From positions 123,813 through 187,812 of the forward strand of contig DAOQWY010000004.1 in the NCBI GenBank assembly GCA_035342335.1: DNA of 64,000 nucleotides, written 5' to 3'. Shown here in pieces: positions 8,475 to 16,801 of this stretch (the first letter of the stretch is position 1; every line of letters begins with the position of its first letter). Below the pieces are notes generated by a model. The model was given only the letters and a program-made list of their open reading frames with translations, had not been told where the DNA came from and ran no database searches. A program made the position numbers and the translations under genes. The DNA comes from Bacteroidales bacterium (GTDB lineage: Bacteria > Bacteroidota > Bacteroidia > Bacteroidales > JAGONC01).

Positions 8475-8987
8475 ATGGAAGCACAGAAAATTTTAATTGT
8501 AGATGACGACGTTGATGTGATCAATGTCATCACGACTATCCTCGAAAATGAAGGATATGAAGTTATTTCAGCCTTTGATAAGGATGAGGGGCTGCAGCTG
8601 GCCCGTGATAAAAAGCCTGATCTGGCTATTCTTGATGTGATGATGACAACCCATTATGAGGGATTTGAGATGGCCAAGGAATTGAGTGAAGATCGCACCT
8701 TCCGGACGATGCCCGTATTGATGCAAACTTCCATCGATGTTCTGGTAACCACCAAGGAAAGTGTCAGGGAAATGGCCCGGGAGTTCAGAGCCGATCCTCA
8801 TTACAGTGAATTGCAGGTGATCCTGGTCCGGGATGTGGTTTCAGGTAACTGCGGGGTGGATTACCTTACGGAAGACGGACGCTCGATCTGGTTACCGGTG
8901 AACGGTTTTCTCAGAAAACCCGTGGATGCCCGGAAATTGCTCTACGAGATCAAAGCTCAGCTTGAGAAGCAGGCAGCACATTCTTAA
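8475..8987 (+). CDS. Stand-alone receiver (REC) protein with an insertion of about 50 aa and no output domain
   Basis: The sequence shows ILIVDDDVDV...KPDLAILDVMM...MQTS...FLRKP. It is a paralogue of 15245..15631. Confidence 0.85.
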   Translation: MEAQKILIVDDDVDVINVITTILENEGYEVISAFDKDEGLQLARDKKPDLAILDVMMTTHYEGFEMAKELSEDRTFRTMPVLMQTSIDVLVTTKESVREMAREFRADPHYSELQVILVRDVVSGNCGVDYLTEDGRSIWLPVNGFLRKPVDARKLLYEIKAQLEKQAAHS

Positions 8988-9041
8988 ACCTATCCAACTG
9001 CCACTGAGGGAATCCACGGAAACTTAATTAACCAGAGGATA

Positions 9042-9512
9042 ATGAAAACAGATGTTAAAGAGGTACTGGAAAATCATCAGCAGGGTGGTCGCGACAGTCT
9101 GATACCCATCTTGCAGGAAATTCAGGAAAGAGAGGGTTATCTTTCGGAAGAAGCTGTGGTTGCTGTTGGAAAGCATTTGCATATTCCTTCAAGCCGCATT
9201 TATGGGGTAGCCACCTTTTATAATCAGTTCAGGTTTCAGCCTACCGGCAAATACCATATCCAGGTCTGCCGTGGCACCGCCTGTCACGTGCTTGGATCGG
9301 CCACGGTGCTGGCGCACCTGGAAAAGTTGCTGAACATCAAAGCAGGGCAGACCACGCGCGACGGATTGTTCAGCATTGAGATCGTTGCATGCATTGGCGC
9401 CTGTGGACTGGCACCGGTCATCAACATCAGCGGCGAGTTTCATGCAAGGGTTGACGAGGCCAGGGTAGCCGCCATTATTGAGGAATACAGAAAAAGGGAG
9501 GAAACGTTATGA
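9042..9512 (+). CDS. hydC: [FeFe]-hydrogenase gamma subunit, NuoE-like [2Fe-2S] protein
   Basis: 156 aa with the NuoE-type Cys pattern VCRGTACHV...ACIGACGLAPV. Confidence 0.9.
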   Translation: MKTDVKEVLENHQQGGRDSLIPILQEIQEREGYLSEEAVVAVGKHLHIPSSRIYGVATFYNQFRFQPTGKYHIQVCRGTACHVLGSATVLAHLEKLLNIKAGQTTRDGLFSIEIVACIGACGLAPVINISGEFHARVDEARVAAIIEEYRKREETL

Positions 9513-11458
9513 TCACTGAAACGATGACTGACGTAAGGCAAATACTGATGGAAAAGCTCCTCAACGGGGAGACGGAACCACATTCTCACTCTTCGGGGGA
9601 TCTGCTTCGGGCATTGCGCCGGGAAACTCTTCTGAAACCGGTGATCTATATTGGATCCGGAACGTGCGGACTGGGTGCGGGCGCGGATAAGACACAGCAG
9701 GCTGTGAACCGTTACCTGGATGAAAAAGGTATTGATGCCGACATTGTTCAGGTTGGTTGTATTGGCATGTGTTCGGCTGAGCCGCTGCTGGATGTCCAGT
9801 TGCCGGGCAGGAACCGTCTTTGCTTCCAGAAGGTCACCGCGGATAAGGTTGTTAGTCTTCTGGATTCCGCTCTCAAGGGGGAGCCTTCCGAGGAAGACAT
9901 CCTGGGGCAGTTTCGCAACGGGCATACCAGCGCATGGGACAGGATTCCCTTTTTGGATGAGCACCCGTTTTTTGCCCGGCAGACACGGATTGTTTTGAAA
10001 AACTGTGGGATCATTGATCCTGTCAGCATCCGGGAATACATTGCCCATGGCGGTTATCAGAGCCTGCTCACGGTTTTGCAGACCTGCACGTCCCTTGATG
10101 TATGCAACAAGGTGGAGATCAGTGGTTTACGTGGACGTGGTGGTGGTGGGTTCCCTACCGGAAAGAAATGGAAGTTTGCCAACCAAACGGAAGCAGATCA
10201 GAAGTATCTGATCTGCAATGCAGATGAGGGAGATCCCGGAGCATTCATGGACAGAGCAGTGATCGAGGGAGACCCTTACCGTTTGATCGAGGGGATGACC
10301 ATTGCAGCCTATGGTATTGGCGCTTCCAAAGGATATGTGTACATCCGTGCCGAGTACCCGCTGGCCATCCAAAGGTTACGCATCGCGATGGATCAGGCCC
10401 GTAGCTATGGATTGCTGGGAAAAGACCTTGCAGGATCGGGATTCGATTTTGACATCACGGTCAAGATGGGGGCCGGTGCTTTTGTCTGCGGGGAAGAAAC
10501 AGCCCTGATGCACAGCATCGAGGGAAAGCGCGGGATGCCGCGTCCCAGGCCTCCTTTTCCGGCTGTCAGTGGCCTTTTTGGCAAACCTACTGTCATCAAT
10601 AATGTGGAAACCCTGGCCAATTTACCGGTCATCTTTGAAAAGGGTGAAGCCTGGTTCAGTTCAATGGGAACGGCCACCAGCAAGGGTACCAAGGTGTTTG
10701 CCCTGTCGGGCAAGATCAGTCGTACAGGTCTTGTGGAGATCCCGATGGGTACTCCGCTGCGGGATATCATCTTCACTATGGCGGGTGGCATACGCAACGG
10801 CAAGAAATTCAAGGCCGTGCAGATCGGAGGCCCCTCCGGCGGCTGCATAACCGAAGCAAACCTGGATATTCAGATCGACTATGAGTCGCTGATCAGGGCA
10901 GGGGCCATGATGGGAAGCGGAGGACTGGTGGTGATGGACGAGGATACCTGCATGGTGGATGTGGCCAAATTCTTCATGGACTTCATCCAGCGCGAAAGCT
11001 GTGGTAAATGTATTCCCTGCCGGGAAGGAACCCGAAGAATGCTGGAGATCCTGGAGAGCATCACTTCCAAACCAGTCAATACAGGAAATCAATCCCTGAC
11101 ACGCTTCAGGGGAATCATTCAACTGGAGAAACTGGCAAAAGTGATCAGGGAAACCTCTTTGTGCGGACTGGGCCAAACGGCTCCCAATCCGGTACTGAGC
11201 ACGCTCCGCTGGTTCAGGGACGAGTATGAATCGCATATCTACGAACGGAAGTGCCCGGCGGGTGTCTGTACGGATCTGAGAACGTTCCGCATCGATGTGG
11301 ACAAATGCACCGGATGTACGGTTTGCGCAAAGAAATGTCCTACCGGTGCCATCATCGGTGCCAGGAAAACAGCGCATTTCATTGTGGAGGAGAAATGCAT
11401 CGGTTGCGGCAGCTGTGAGGAAGCCTGTAAATTCGGTGCTATTTTTATAAGGGAGTAA
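9509..11458 (+). CDS. hydB: [FeFe]-hydrogenase beta subunit, NuoF-like flavoprotein
   Basis: 649 aa. The FMN/NADH site is GRGGGGFPTGKKW and the [4Fe-4S] motif is ESCGKCIPCREG. It has an N-terminal thioredoxin-like domain and C-terminal ferredoxin motifs CTGCTVCAKKCP and CIGCGSCEEAC. It has an ATGA overlap with hydC. Confidence 0.92.
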   Translation: MITETMTDVRQILMEKLLNGETEPHSHSSGDLLRALRRETLLKPVIYIGSGTCGLGAGADKTQQAVNRYLDEKGIDADIVQVGCIGMCSAEPLLDVQLPGRNRLCFQKVTADKVVSLLDSALKGEPSEEDILGQFRNGHTSAWDRIPFLDEHPFFARQTRIVLKNCGIIDPVSIREYIAHGGYQSLLTVLQTCTSLDVCNKVEISGLRGRGGGGFPTGKKWKFANQTEADQKYLICNADEGDPGAFMDRAVIEGDPYRLIEGMTIAAYGIGASKGYVYIRAEYPLAIQRLRIAMDQARSYGLLGKDLAGSGFDFDITVKMGAGAFVCGEETALMHSIEGKRGMPRPRPPFPAVSGLFGKPTVINNVETLANLPVIFEKGEAWFSSMGTATSKGTKVFALSGKISRTGLVEIPMGTPLRDIIFTMAGGIRNGKKFKAVQIGGPSGGCITEANLDIQIDYESLIRAGAMMGSGGLVVMDEDTCMVDVAKFFMDFIQRESCGKCIPCREGTRRMLEILESITSKPVNTGNQSLTRFRGIIQLEKLAKVIRETSLCGLGQTAPNPVLSTLRWFRDEYESHIYERKCPAGVCTDLRTFRIDVDKCTGCTVCAKKCPTGAIIGARKTAHFIVEEKCIGCGSCEEACKFGAIFIRE

Positions 11459-11483
11459 TGCTCCGATAAAAAACCAAGGAACT

Positions 11484-13208
11484 ATGGATTGTATGATAGA
11501 AGTCAATAACAAGAAGATTGAGGCAACGAAGGGAGAATTACTGATCGATGTCCTTTCAAGGAATGGCATCAGGGTCCCGACGCTCTGCCACATGAAAAAT
11601 TATCTGCCCTCCGGCTCATGCCGGATGTGTGTGGTGGAAAACCTGGCGAATGGGAAACTGATCACCTCCTGTTCCTATCCTGTGGAGGAGGGTATGAAAA
11701 TTCAGACCCACTCCCAGCGGGTGGTCGAATCCCGTAAGGTGATCGTGGAACTCCTGTTGTCAAATCATCCTGATGATTGCCTGTACTGTGTGCGTAACGG
11801 CAAGTGCACCCTGCAGGATCTGGCCGGTGAGCACAATGTGACTGAACGACGGATCAGCGGAAAGAAAAATGATTATCACAAGGATCTATCCAGTGCGAGT
11901 ATTGTCCGCGATCCGGACAAATGCATCCTTTGCGGCAGATGTGTCAGGGTTTGTGAAGAGGTGATGGATGTGTCGGCCATTGATTACATCAACCGCGGAA
12001 GCAGATCCGTCATCGGAACGGCTTTCAACAAGGGACTGAACGTCTCCAGTTGTGTGAACTGCGGGCAGTGCATCCTGGTATGTCCAACCGGAGCCCTTTC
12101 CGAAAGGCCCCATATCAATGAAGTGCAGATGGCTTTGAACGACCGGGATCAGATGGTGATCGTGCAGTACGCGCCTGCGGTAACGGTATCCATTGCCGAA
12201 GAGTTTGGTCTTGAACCGGGCGCCGACCTGAATGGCCTGCTGAATGCAGCCCTTCGGAAGATAGGTTTTGACCGGGTTTTTGATACATCGTTCTCAGCTG
12301 ATTTAACGATCATGGAAGAGTCGGCCGAGTTGATCCATCGCATCCAAAACAACGGTGTTCTGCCTATGATCACCAGTTGCTGTCCGGCCTGGATCAAGTT
12401 TGCGGAGGAATTTGCCCACGACATGCTCCCGAATCTTTCCACGTGCAAATCGCCACAGCAGATGCTGGGAGCCGTCATCAAGAGCTATATCAGCGAAAGG
12501 GAACACAAGGATCCGCACCAGATCTACTCGGTATCGGTGATGCCCTGTGTGGCCAAGAAATTTGAGGCGCAGCGGGAGAACATGACCCACCGGGGCATTA
12601 CGGATGTTGACGCGGTATTGTCGACCCGGGAACTCATCCAGCTGATCCGCCTGTACGGTATTGAAATTGATAAACTTGAACCCCAGACAGCGGATTCTCC
12701 GCTGGGTGTGCGAAGCTCTGCCGGAAAGCTTTTTGGCAACACGGGGGGAGTGATGGAAGCTGCCATTCGTACAGCCTACTTCAAACTTACCGGAAAAGAT
12801 CTGGTCAGTTTCAGGGTCCCTGAAATCAGGGGACTCAAAGGAAGGAAGGAAACGCGTATCCGGATCGGTGACCTGGAGCTGGGGGTGGCTGTGGTGAGTG
12901 GTTTAAAAAATGCCCGCCTGTTGCTGGATGAGATCCGCAACGGCAGAAACGACATTCATTTCATTGAAGTGATGGCCTGTCCGGGTGGGTGTGTGGCCGG
13001 AGGAGGGCAGCGCGTGGGATGCGGAGAATCAGATATTCTGGCCCGAATGCGGACGCTCTATGCCATCGACGATCAGGAAACGATAAAAATGTCGCACAAA
13101 AATCCCGAGGTTATTGAGCTGTACCAGGAATTCCTGGGAGAGCCTCTCGGGCACAAGAGTCATGAATTGCTTCATACAAGCTATATTGAACGTGATGTGA
13201 TGTTGTAG
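11484..13208 (+). CDS. hydA: Catalytic [FeFe]-hydrogenase, CpI-like domain architecture
   Basis: 574 aa. Cluster motifs are CHMKNYLPSGSCRMC, HPDDCLYCVRNGKC, CILCGRCVRVC and CVNCGQCILVCP. H-cluster signatures are ITSCCPAW, VMPCVAKKFE and EVMACPGGCVAGGGQ. Confidence 0.95.
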   Translation: MDCMIEVNNKKIEATKGELLIDVLSRNGIRVPTLCHMKNYLPSGSCRMCVVENLANGKLITSCSYPVEEGMKIQTHSQRVVESRKVIVELLLSNHPDDCLYCVRNGKCTLQDLAGEHNVTERRISGKKNDYHKDLSSASIVRDPDKCILCGRCVRVCEEVMDVSAIDYINRGSRSVIGTAFNKGLNVSSCVNCGQCILVCPTGALSERPHINEVQMALNDRDQMVIVQYAPAVTVSIAEEFGLEPGADLNGLLNAALRKIGFDRVFDTSFSADLTIMEESAELIHRIQNNGVLPMITSCCPAWIKFAEEFAHDMLPNLSTCKSPQQMLGAVIKSYISEREHKDPHQIYSVSVMPCVAKKFEAQRENMTHRGITDVDAVLSTRELIQLIRLYGIEIDKLEPQTADSPLGVRSSAGKLFGNTGGVMEAAIRTAYFKLTGKDLVSFRVPEIRGLKGRKETRIRIGDLELGVAVVSGLKNARLLLDEIRNGRNDIHFIEVMACPGGCVAGGGQRVGCGESDILARMRTLYAIDDQETIKMSHKNPEVIELYQEFLGEPLGHKSHELLHTSYIERDVML

Positions 13209-13240
13209 CAATGAAGGAAGTAACAGAAAACAGTTAACCT

Positions 13241-15235
13241 ATGCGTGGTTCGGTCAGGGATAAGTTGGTCTATACGGTCAAGGACAGATGCAGGGTGTGC
13301 TATACCTGTGTGAGAGAATGTCCTGTGAAGGCGATCAGGATCATCAACGGGCAGGCCGAGGTGATCAGTGAGCGCTGCATCGGTTGTGGGAATTGTGTGG
13401 TAGTGTGCAGCCAGCAGGCGAAAATGTATGTCACCCAGGTCGATTCGGTTCAGGAACTGCTTTCTTCTTCCGAAAAGGTCGTTGCCCTTGTTGCTCCCAG
13501 TTTTCCGGCTGAATTTACCGAATTCAGTGATTTCAGAGTTTTTGTGGGAAAACTTCGTGCACTGGGCTTTGACCACGTGATGGAAGTGGCTTTCGGGGCT
13601 GATCTTGTTGCAGGGGAATACGCCAGGTTGATCGACGAGGAGCACGTTCCCTCCATGATCAGTTCCGATTGCCCTGCCATCGTGTACTACATCCGTCACT
13701 ATCATCCTGAGCTGGTTCCGTACCTGGCCCCCGTGGTGTCTCCCATGGAAGCTGCGGCCCGCGTAGCGAAAAAGAAATATGGCGGGCACGTCAAGCTGGT
13801 CTTTATTGGTCCCTGTATCGCTAAGAAGGCCGAATCGGATGAAGTGGACGAAATCATCACGTTTGAGGAACTCCGGCAGCTTTTTACACAGCATGACTCT
13901 GATCTGCAGGATGTGGCTCCCTCCGACTTTGATCCTCCCCACGCGGGAAAAGGAGCCATTTTCCCATTGAGCAGAGGACTGCTGCAGTCGATGAATAAAA
14001 CGGATGACCTGTGCGATGGCAACATTCTCATCGCCGAAGGAAAACCCTTGTTTAAGGAAGCTATCCGCCAGTTCTCAAAAGAGTTGAAGGGAACCCATCA
14101 TCTTCAATTGCTGTGCTGTGAAGGGTGCATCATGGGACCGGGGATGTCGAGGGACGGGCAACGGTATATCCGCCGGAATTTGATCAGCCGTTATGCCAGC
14201 AAAAAAATGTCGGATAACCGGCATTCACAATGGGTGTTGGACATGGATGCATTTAAGGACATTCCACTGAGTAAATCCTTTAAACCAGCCGACAGGCGTA
14301 TTCCGCTCCCGAACCTGGAAGAAATTGACCAGGTGCTGCTCCGGATGGGCAAAAAGAGCCCGAGCGATCACCTCAACTGCGGGGCCTGTGGCTACGACAC
14401 CTGCGAAGAACACGCCATTGCCATCCTGGAAGGATTGGCGGAAACGGAAATGTGCCTGCCGTATACCATTGAAAAATTACACAAGTCGATTGAAGAACTG
14501 AATTTCTCCAACGAAAAGCTCGCATCAGCACAGCAGGCATTGAAACAATCCGAGAAAATGGCCACCATGGGACAACTGTCGGCAGGCATTGCCCACGAGC
14601 TCAACAATCCTCTTGGCGTGATCACCATGTACAGCAATATCCTGATCGATGAATCCAAACCCGGTGACCCGATCCGGAAGGACCTGGAACTGATCGCCGA
14701 ACAGGCAAGCCGGTGCAAGGGCATCGTCGGCGGATTGCTCAATTTTGCCCGCAAAAACCAGGTGAAACTGGAACTTACGAACATGAAAAGTTTCATCGAA
14801 AAGAGCTTCCAGTCCATCCTAAAAAACGATTCGGTATCCGTTTCGTTCGAATGCACAGCAAAGGATACGGAAGCCATGATCGACCAGGACCAGATGATGC
14901 AGGTTTTGACCAACCTGGAAAAGAACGCCGTGGAAGCCATGCCTGATGGCGGAAACCTGAAGATCATCCTGTCGGGCGATGATGAAAGCATTGAAATCAA
15001 GGTGGCTGATACAGGAACGGGCATCTCCCGGGAAAACATGGAAAAAATTTTCACGCCCTTCTTTACCACAAAACAAATTGGAAGAGGAACCGGACTGGGA
15101 TTGCCCCTGATCTATGGAATCGTCAAAATGCACCGTGGACAGATCAATGTCACATCCAACGCTGATCCGGCAGAGGGACCGACAGGGACCGCTTTTACAA
15201 TGAAACTGCCACGTGTAATAAACCAATTAAATTAA
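13241..15235 (+). CDS. Sensory-type [FeFe]-hydrogenase-like protein (HydS-like) fused to a histidine kinase
   Basis: 664 aa. It has two ferredoxin motifs (CRVCYTCVRECP, CIGCGNCVVVC). The H-domain is collinear with HydA but with variant signatures ISSDCPA, FIGPCIAKKAE and LLCCEGCIMGPG. It then has CGACGYDTC-x16-C (C380, C383, C388, C405), a coiled coil, the HisKA H-box GIAHELNNPLG, and HATPase motifs (NLEKNAVEAM, DTGTGI, GTGLGLPL). Confidence 0.88.
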   Translation: MRGSVRDKLVYTVKDRCRVCYTCVRECPVKAIRIINGQAEVISERCIGCGNCVVVCSQQAKMYVTQVDSVQELLSSSEKVVALVAPSFPAEFTEFSDFRVFVGKLRALGFDHVMEVAFGADLVAGEYARLIDEEHVPSMISSDCPAIVYYIRHYHPELVPYLAPVVSPMEAAARVAKKKYGGHVKLVFIGPCIAKKAESDEVDEIITFEELRQLFTQHDSDLQDVAPSDFDPPHAGKGAIFPLSRGLLQSMNKTDDLCDGNILIAEGKPLFKEAIRQFSKELKGTHHLQLLCCEGCIMGPGMSRDGQRYIRRNLISRYASKKMSDNRHSQWVLDMDAFKDIPLSKSFKPADRRIPLPNLEEIDQVLLRMGKKSPSDHLNCGACGYDTCEEHAIAILEGLAETEMCLPYTIEKLHKSIEELNFSNEKLASAQQALKQSEKMATMGQLSAGIAHELNNPLGVITMYSNILIDESKPGDPIRKDLELIAEQASRCKGIVGGLLNFARKNQVKLELTNMKSFIEKSFQSILKNDSVSVSFECTAKDTEAMIDQDQMMQVLTNLEKNAVEAMPDGGNLKIILSGDDESIEIKVADTGTGISRENMEKIFTPFFTTKQIGRGTGLGLPLIYGIVKMHRGQINVTSNADPAEGPTGTAFTMKLPRVINQLN

Positions 15236-15244
15236 CCAAATGCC

Positions 15245-15631
15245 ATGACAAAAAAAGTATTGATTGTGGATGATGACCCCGATTACCTGAGTCTGCTGAA
15301 ATTCCATGTGGAGGGTTTGGGATTTGAAACCATTACCGCTGAAAGCCAGAAGGAGGGAGAGGAGATCATGCAACAAATGAAACCCGATCTGGCTATCTTC
15401 GACCTGATGATGGAAAACAAAGACAGCGGATTTATTCTCAGCTATAAATTCAAGAAGAAATACCCTGATGTTCCTGTCATCATCGCTACCGCCGTAACGG
15501 CGGAAACAGGAATGATCTTCGGACTGGATACTGAAGAGGAAAAGAGCTGGATCAAAGCGGATCTCTACCTGGAGAAGGGCCTCAGACCCGATCAGCTCCA
15601 CCGTGAGATCAATAAATTATTGCAACTATAA
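15245..15631 (+). CDS. Stand-alone receiver (REC) protein
   Basis: 128 aa with VLIVDDDPDY...KPDLAIFDLMM...IATAV...YLEKG and no output domain. Confidence 0.88.
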   Translation: MTKKVLIVDDDPDYLSLLKFHVEGLGFETITAESQKEGEEIMQQMKPDLAIFDLMMENKDSGFILSYKFKKKYPDVPVIIATAVTAETGMIFGLDTEEEKSWIKADLYLEKGLRPDQLHREINKLLQL

Positions 15632-15649
15632 TCAGGAAAGCTGTTATAA

Positions 15650-16801
15650 ATGGAAAAACTTAAGGTACTTATCGTGGATGATGAACCCGGAATCCGATCA
15701 GGGATCAACAGGATCCTGCGAAACTATTCCGTAGGATTCCCCTTTATGGAAGAGGATTTCCAGTTCGAACTCATCGACGCAGAAACAGGTGAAAAAGCCA
15801 TTGAGATCATTGAGTCAAGCCCGGTCGACATCATTTTGCTGGACAATAAATTACCGGGTATCAACGGGATTGACGTTTTGGAGTACATCAGCAAACAGAA
15901 GTATGATGTTCAGGTCATGATGATCACTTCGTATGCCTCCCTGGACCTGGCCGTAAAGGCCACCAATATCGGGGCATATAATTTCATTCCCAAACCCTTC
16001 ACTCCTGATGAGTTAAAGACGGCCATGGAAGGGATCACCAAGCATCTTTACCTGAAACGAATGACACGTCAGCTTCACAAAGAGGGGAAAGAGATCCGGT
16101 TTCAGTTCCTTTCCGTGCTTTCACACGAGCTCAAGTCACCCATCAATGCCATCGAAGGTTACCTTCAGATCATGAAAGAAAAGCAGGTGGGTGACAAGAT
16201 TGATGATTATGGTGTCATGATCAGCAGATCCATCGAGCGTTTAAAAGGAATGCGGACCCTGATCATGGACCTGCTGGATCTCACCAGGCTTGAGTCAGGA
16301 AAGAAACAACGGGAATTAAAGAAGACCGATCTGTCGGAAATAGCCAAAATGGCGATCCATTCCATGGAACCGCTGGCCATCCAGAAAAACGTCAGCATTT
16401 ATTATGACAACGGAGAACCCTGTTATCTGAACGGTGACAGCGCCGAGATCGAGATCATCATGAACAACCTGCTGTCGAATGCCGTCAAATATAATAAAGA
16501 GGGCGGGCAGATCTATGTTCATATCAAAGGTTCCGACGATAAGGTAGTCATCAAGGTGGAAGATACAGGCATTGGGATGAGCGTGGAAGACCAGGAAAAG
16601 CTGTTCCGGGAATTTGTAAGGATCAAGAACGTCAAAACCAAGAACATCACAGGCAGCGGCCTGGGATTGTCCATCATAAAAAAACTTGTGGATCTGTACG
16701 CCGGTGACATAAAGGTTTCCAGCAAACCCGATGTGGGATCCACCTTTACCGTCACCCTGATGAAAAATGCCGATACAACGAATACCCTTCTGTTACAATG
16801 A
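15650..16801 (+). CDS. Hybrid receiver-histidine kinase (REC-HisKA-HATPase_c)
   Basis: 383 aa. The REC domain is VLIVDDEPGI...DIILLDNKLPGINGI, the H-box is LSVLSHELKSPINAI, and the ATPase region is EDTGIGM...GSGLGLSIIK. Confidence 0.9.
   Translation: MEKLKVLIVDDEPGIRSGINRILRNYSVGFPFMEEDFQFELIDAETGEKAIEIIESSPVDIILLDNKLPGINGIDVLEYISKQKYDVQVMMITSYASLDLAVKATNIGAYNFIPKPFTPDELKTAMEGITKHLYLKRMTRQLHKEGKEIRFQFLSVLSHELKSPINAIEGYLQIMKEKQVGDKIDDYGVMISRSIERLKGMRTLIMDLLDLTRLESGKKQRELKKTDLSEIAKMAIHSMEPLAIQKNVSIYYDNGEPCYLNGDSAEIEIIMNNLLSNAVKYNKEGGQIYVHIKGSDDKVVIKVEDTGIGMSVEDQEKLFREFVRIKNVKTKNITGSGLGLSIIKKLVDLYAGDIKVSSKPDVGSTFTVTLMKNADTTNTLLLQ

Noticed and set aside
10661-11593. Long minus-strand ORF (310 aa) plus many similar ones, for example 13181..13942, 16837..17619, 18239..18889, 24116..24901, 25292..26203, 30462..31190, 31251..31985, 42222..42920 and 47961..48800
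   Set aside because: Each lies entirely antisense or out of frame inside a gene with strong family motifs (hydB, the sensor kinase, hydG, hydF, the T9SS protein, relA/spoT, infB, the TonB receptor, iorA). Their products are low-complexity and Arg/Gly/His-rich with no recognisable motifs. They are shadow ORFs.
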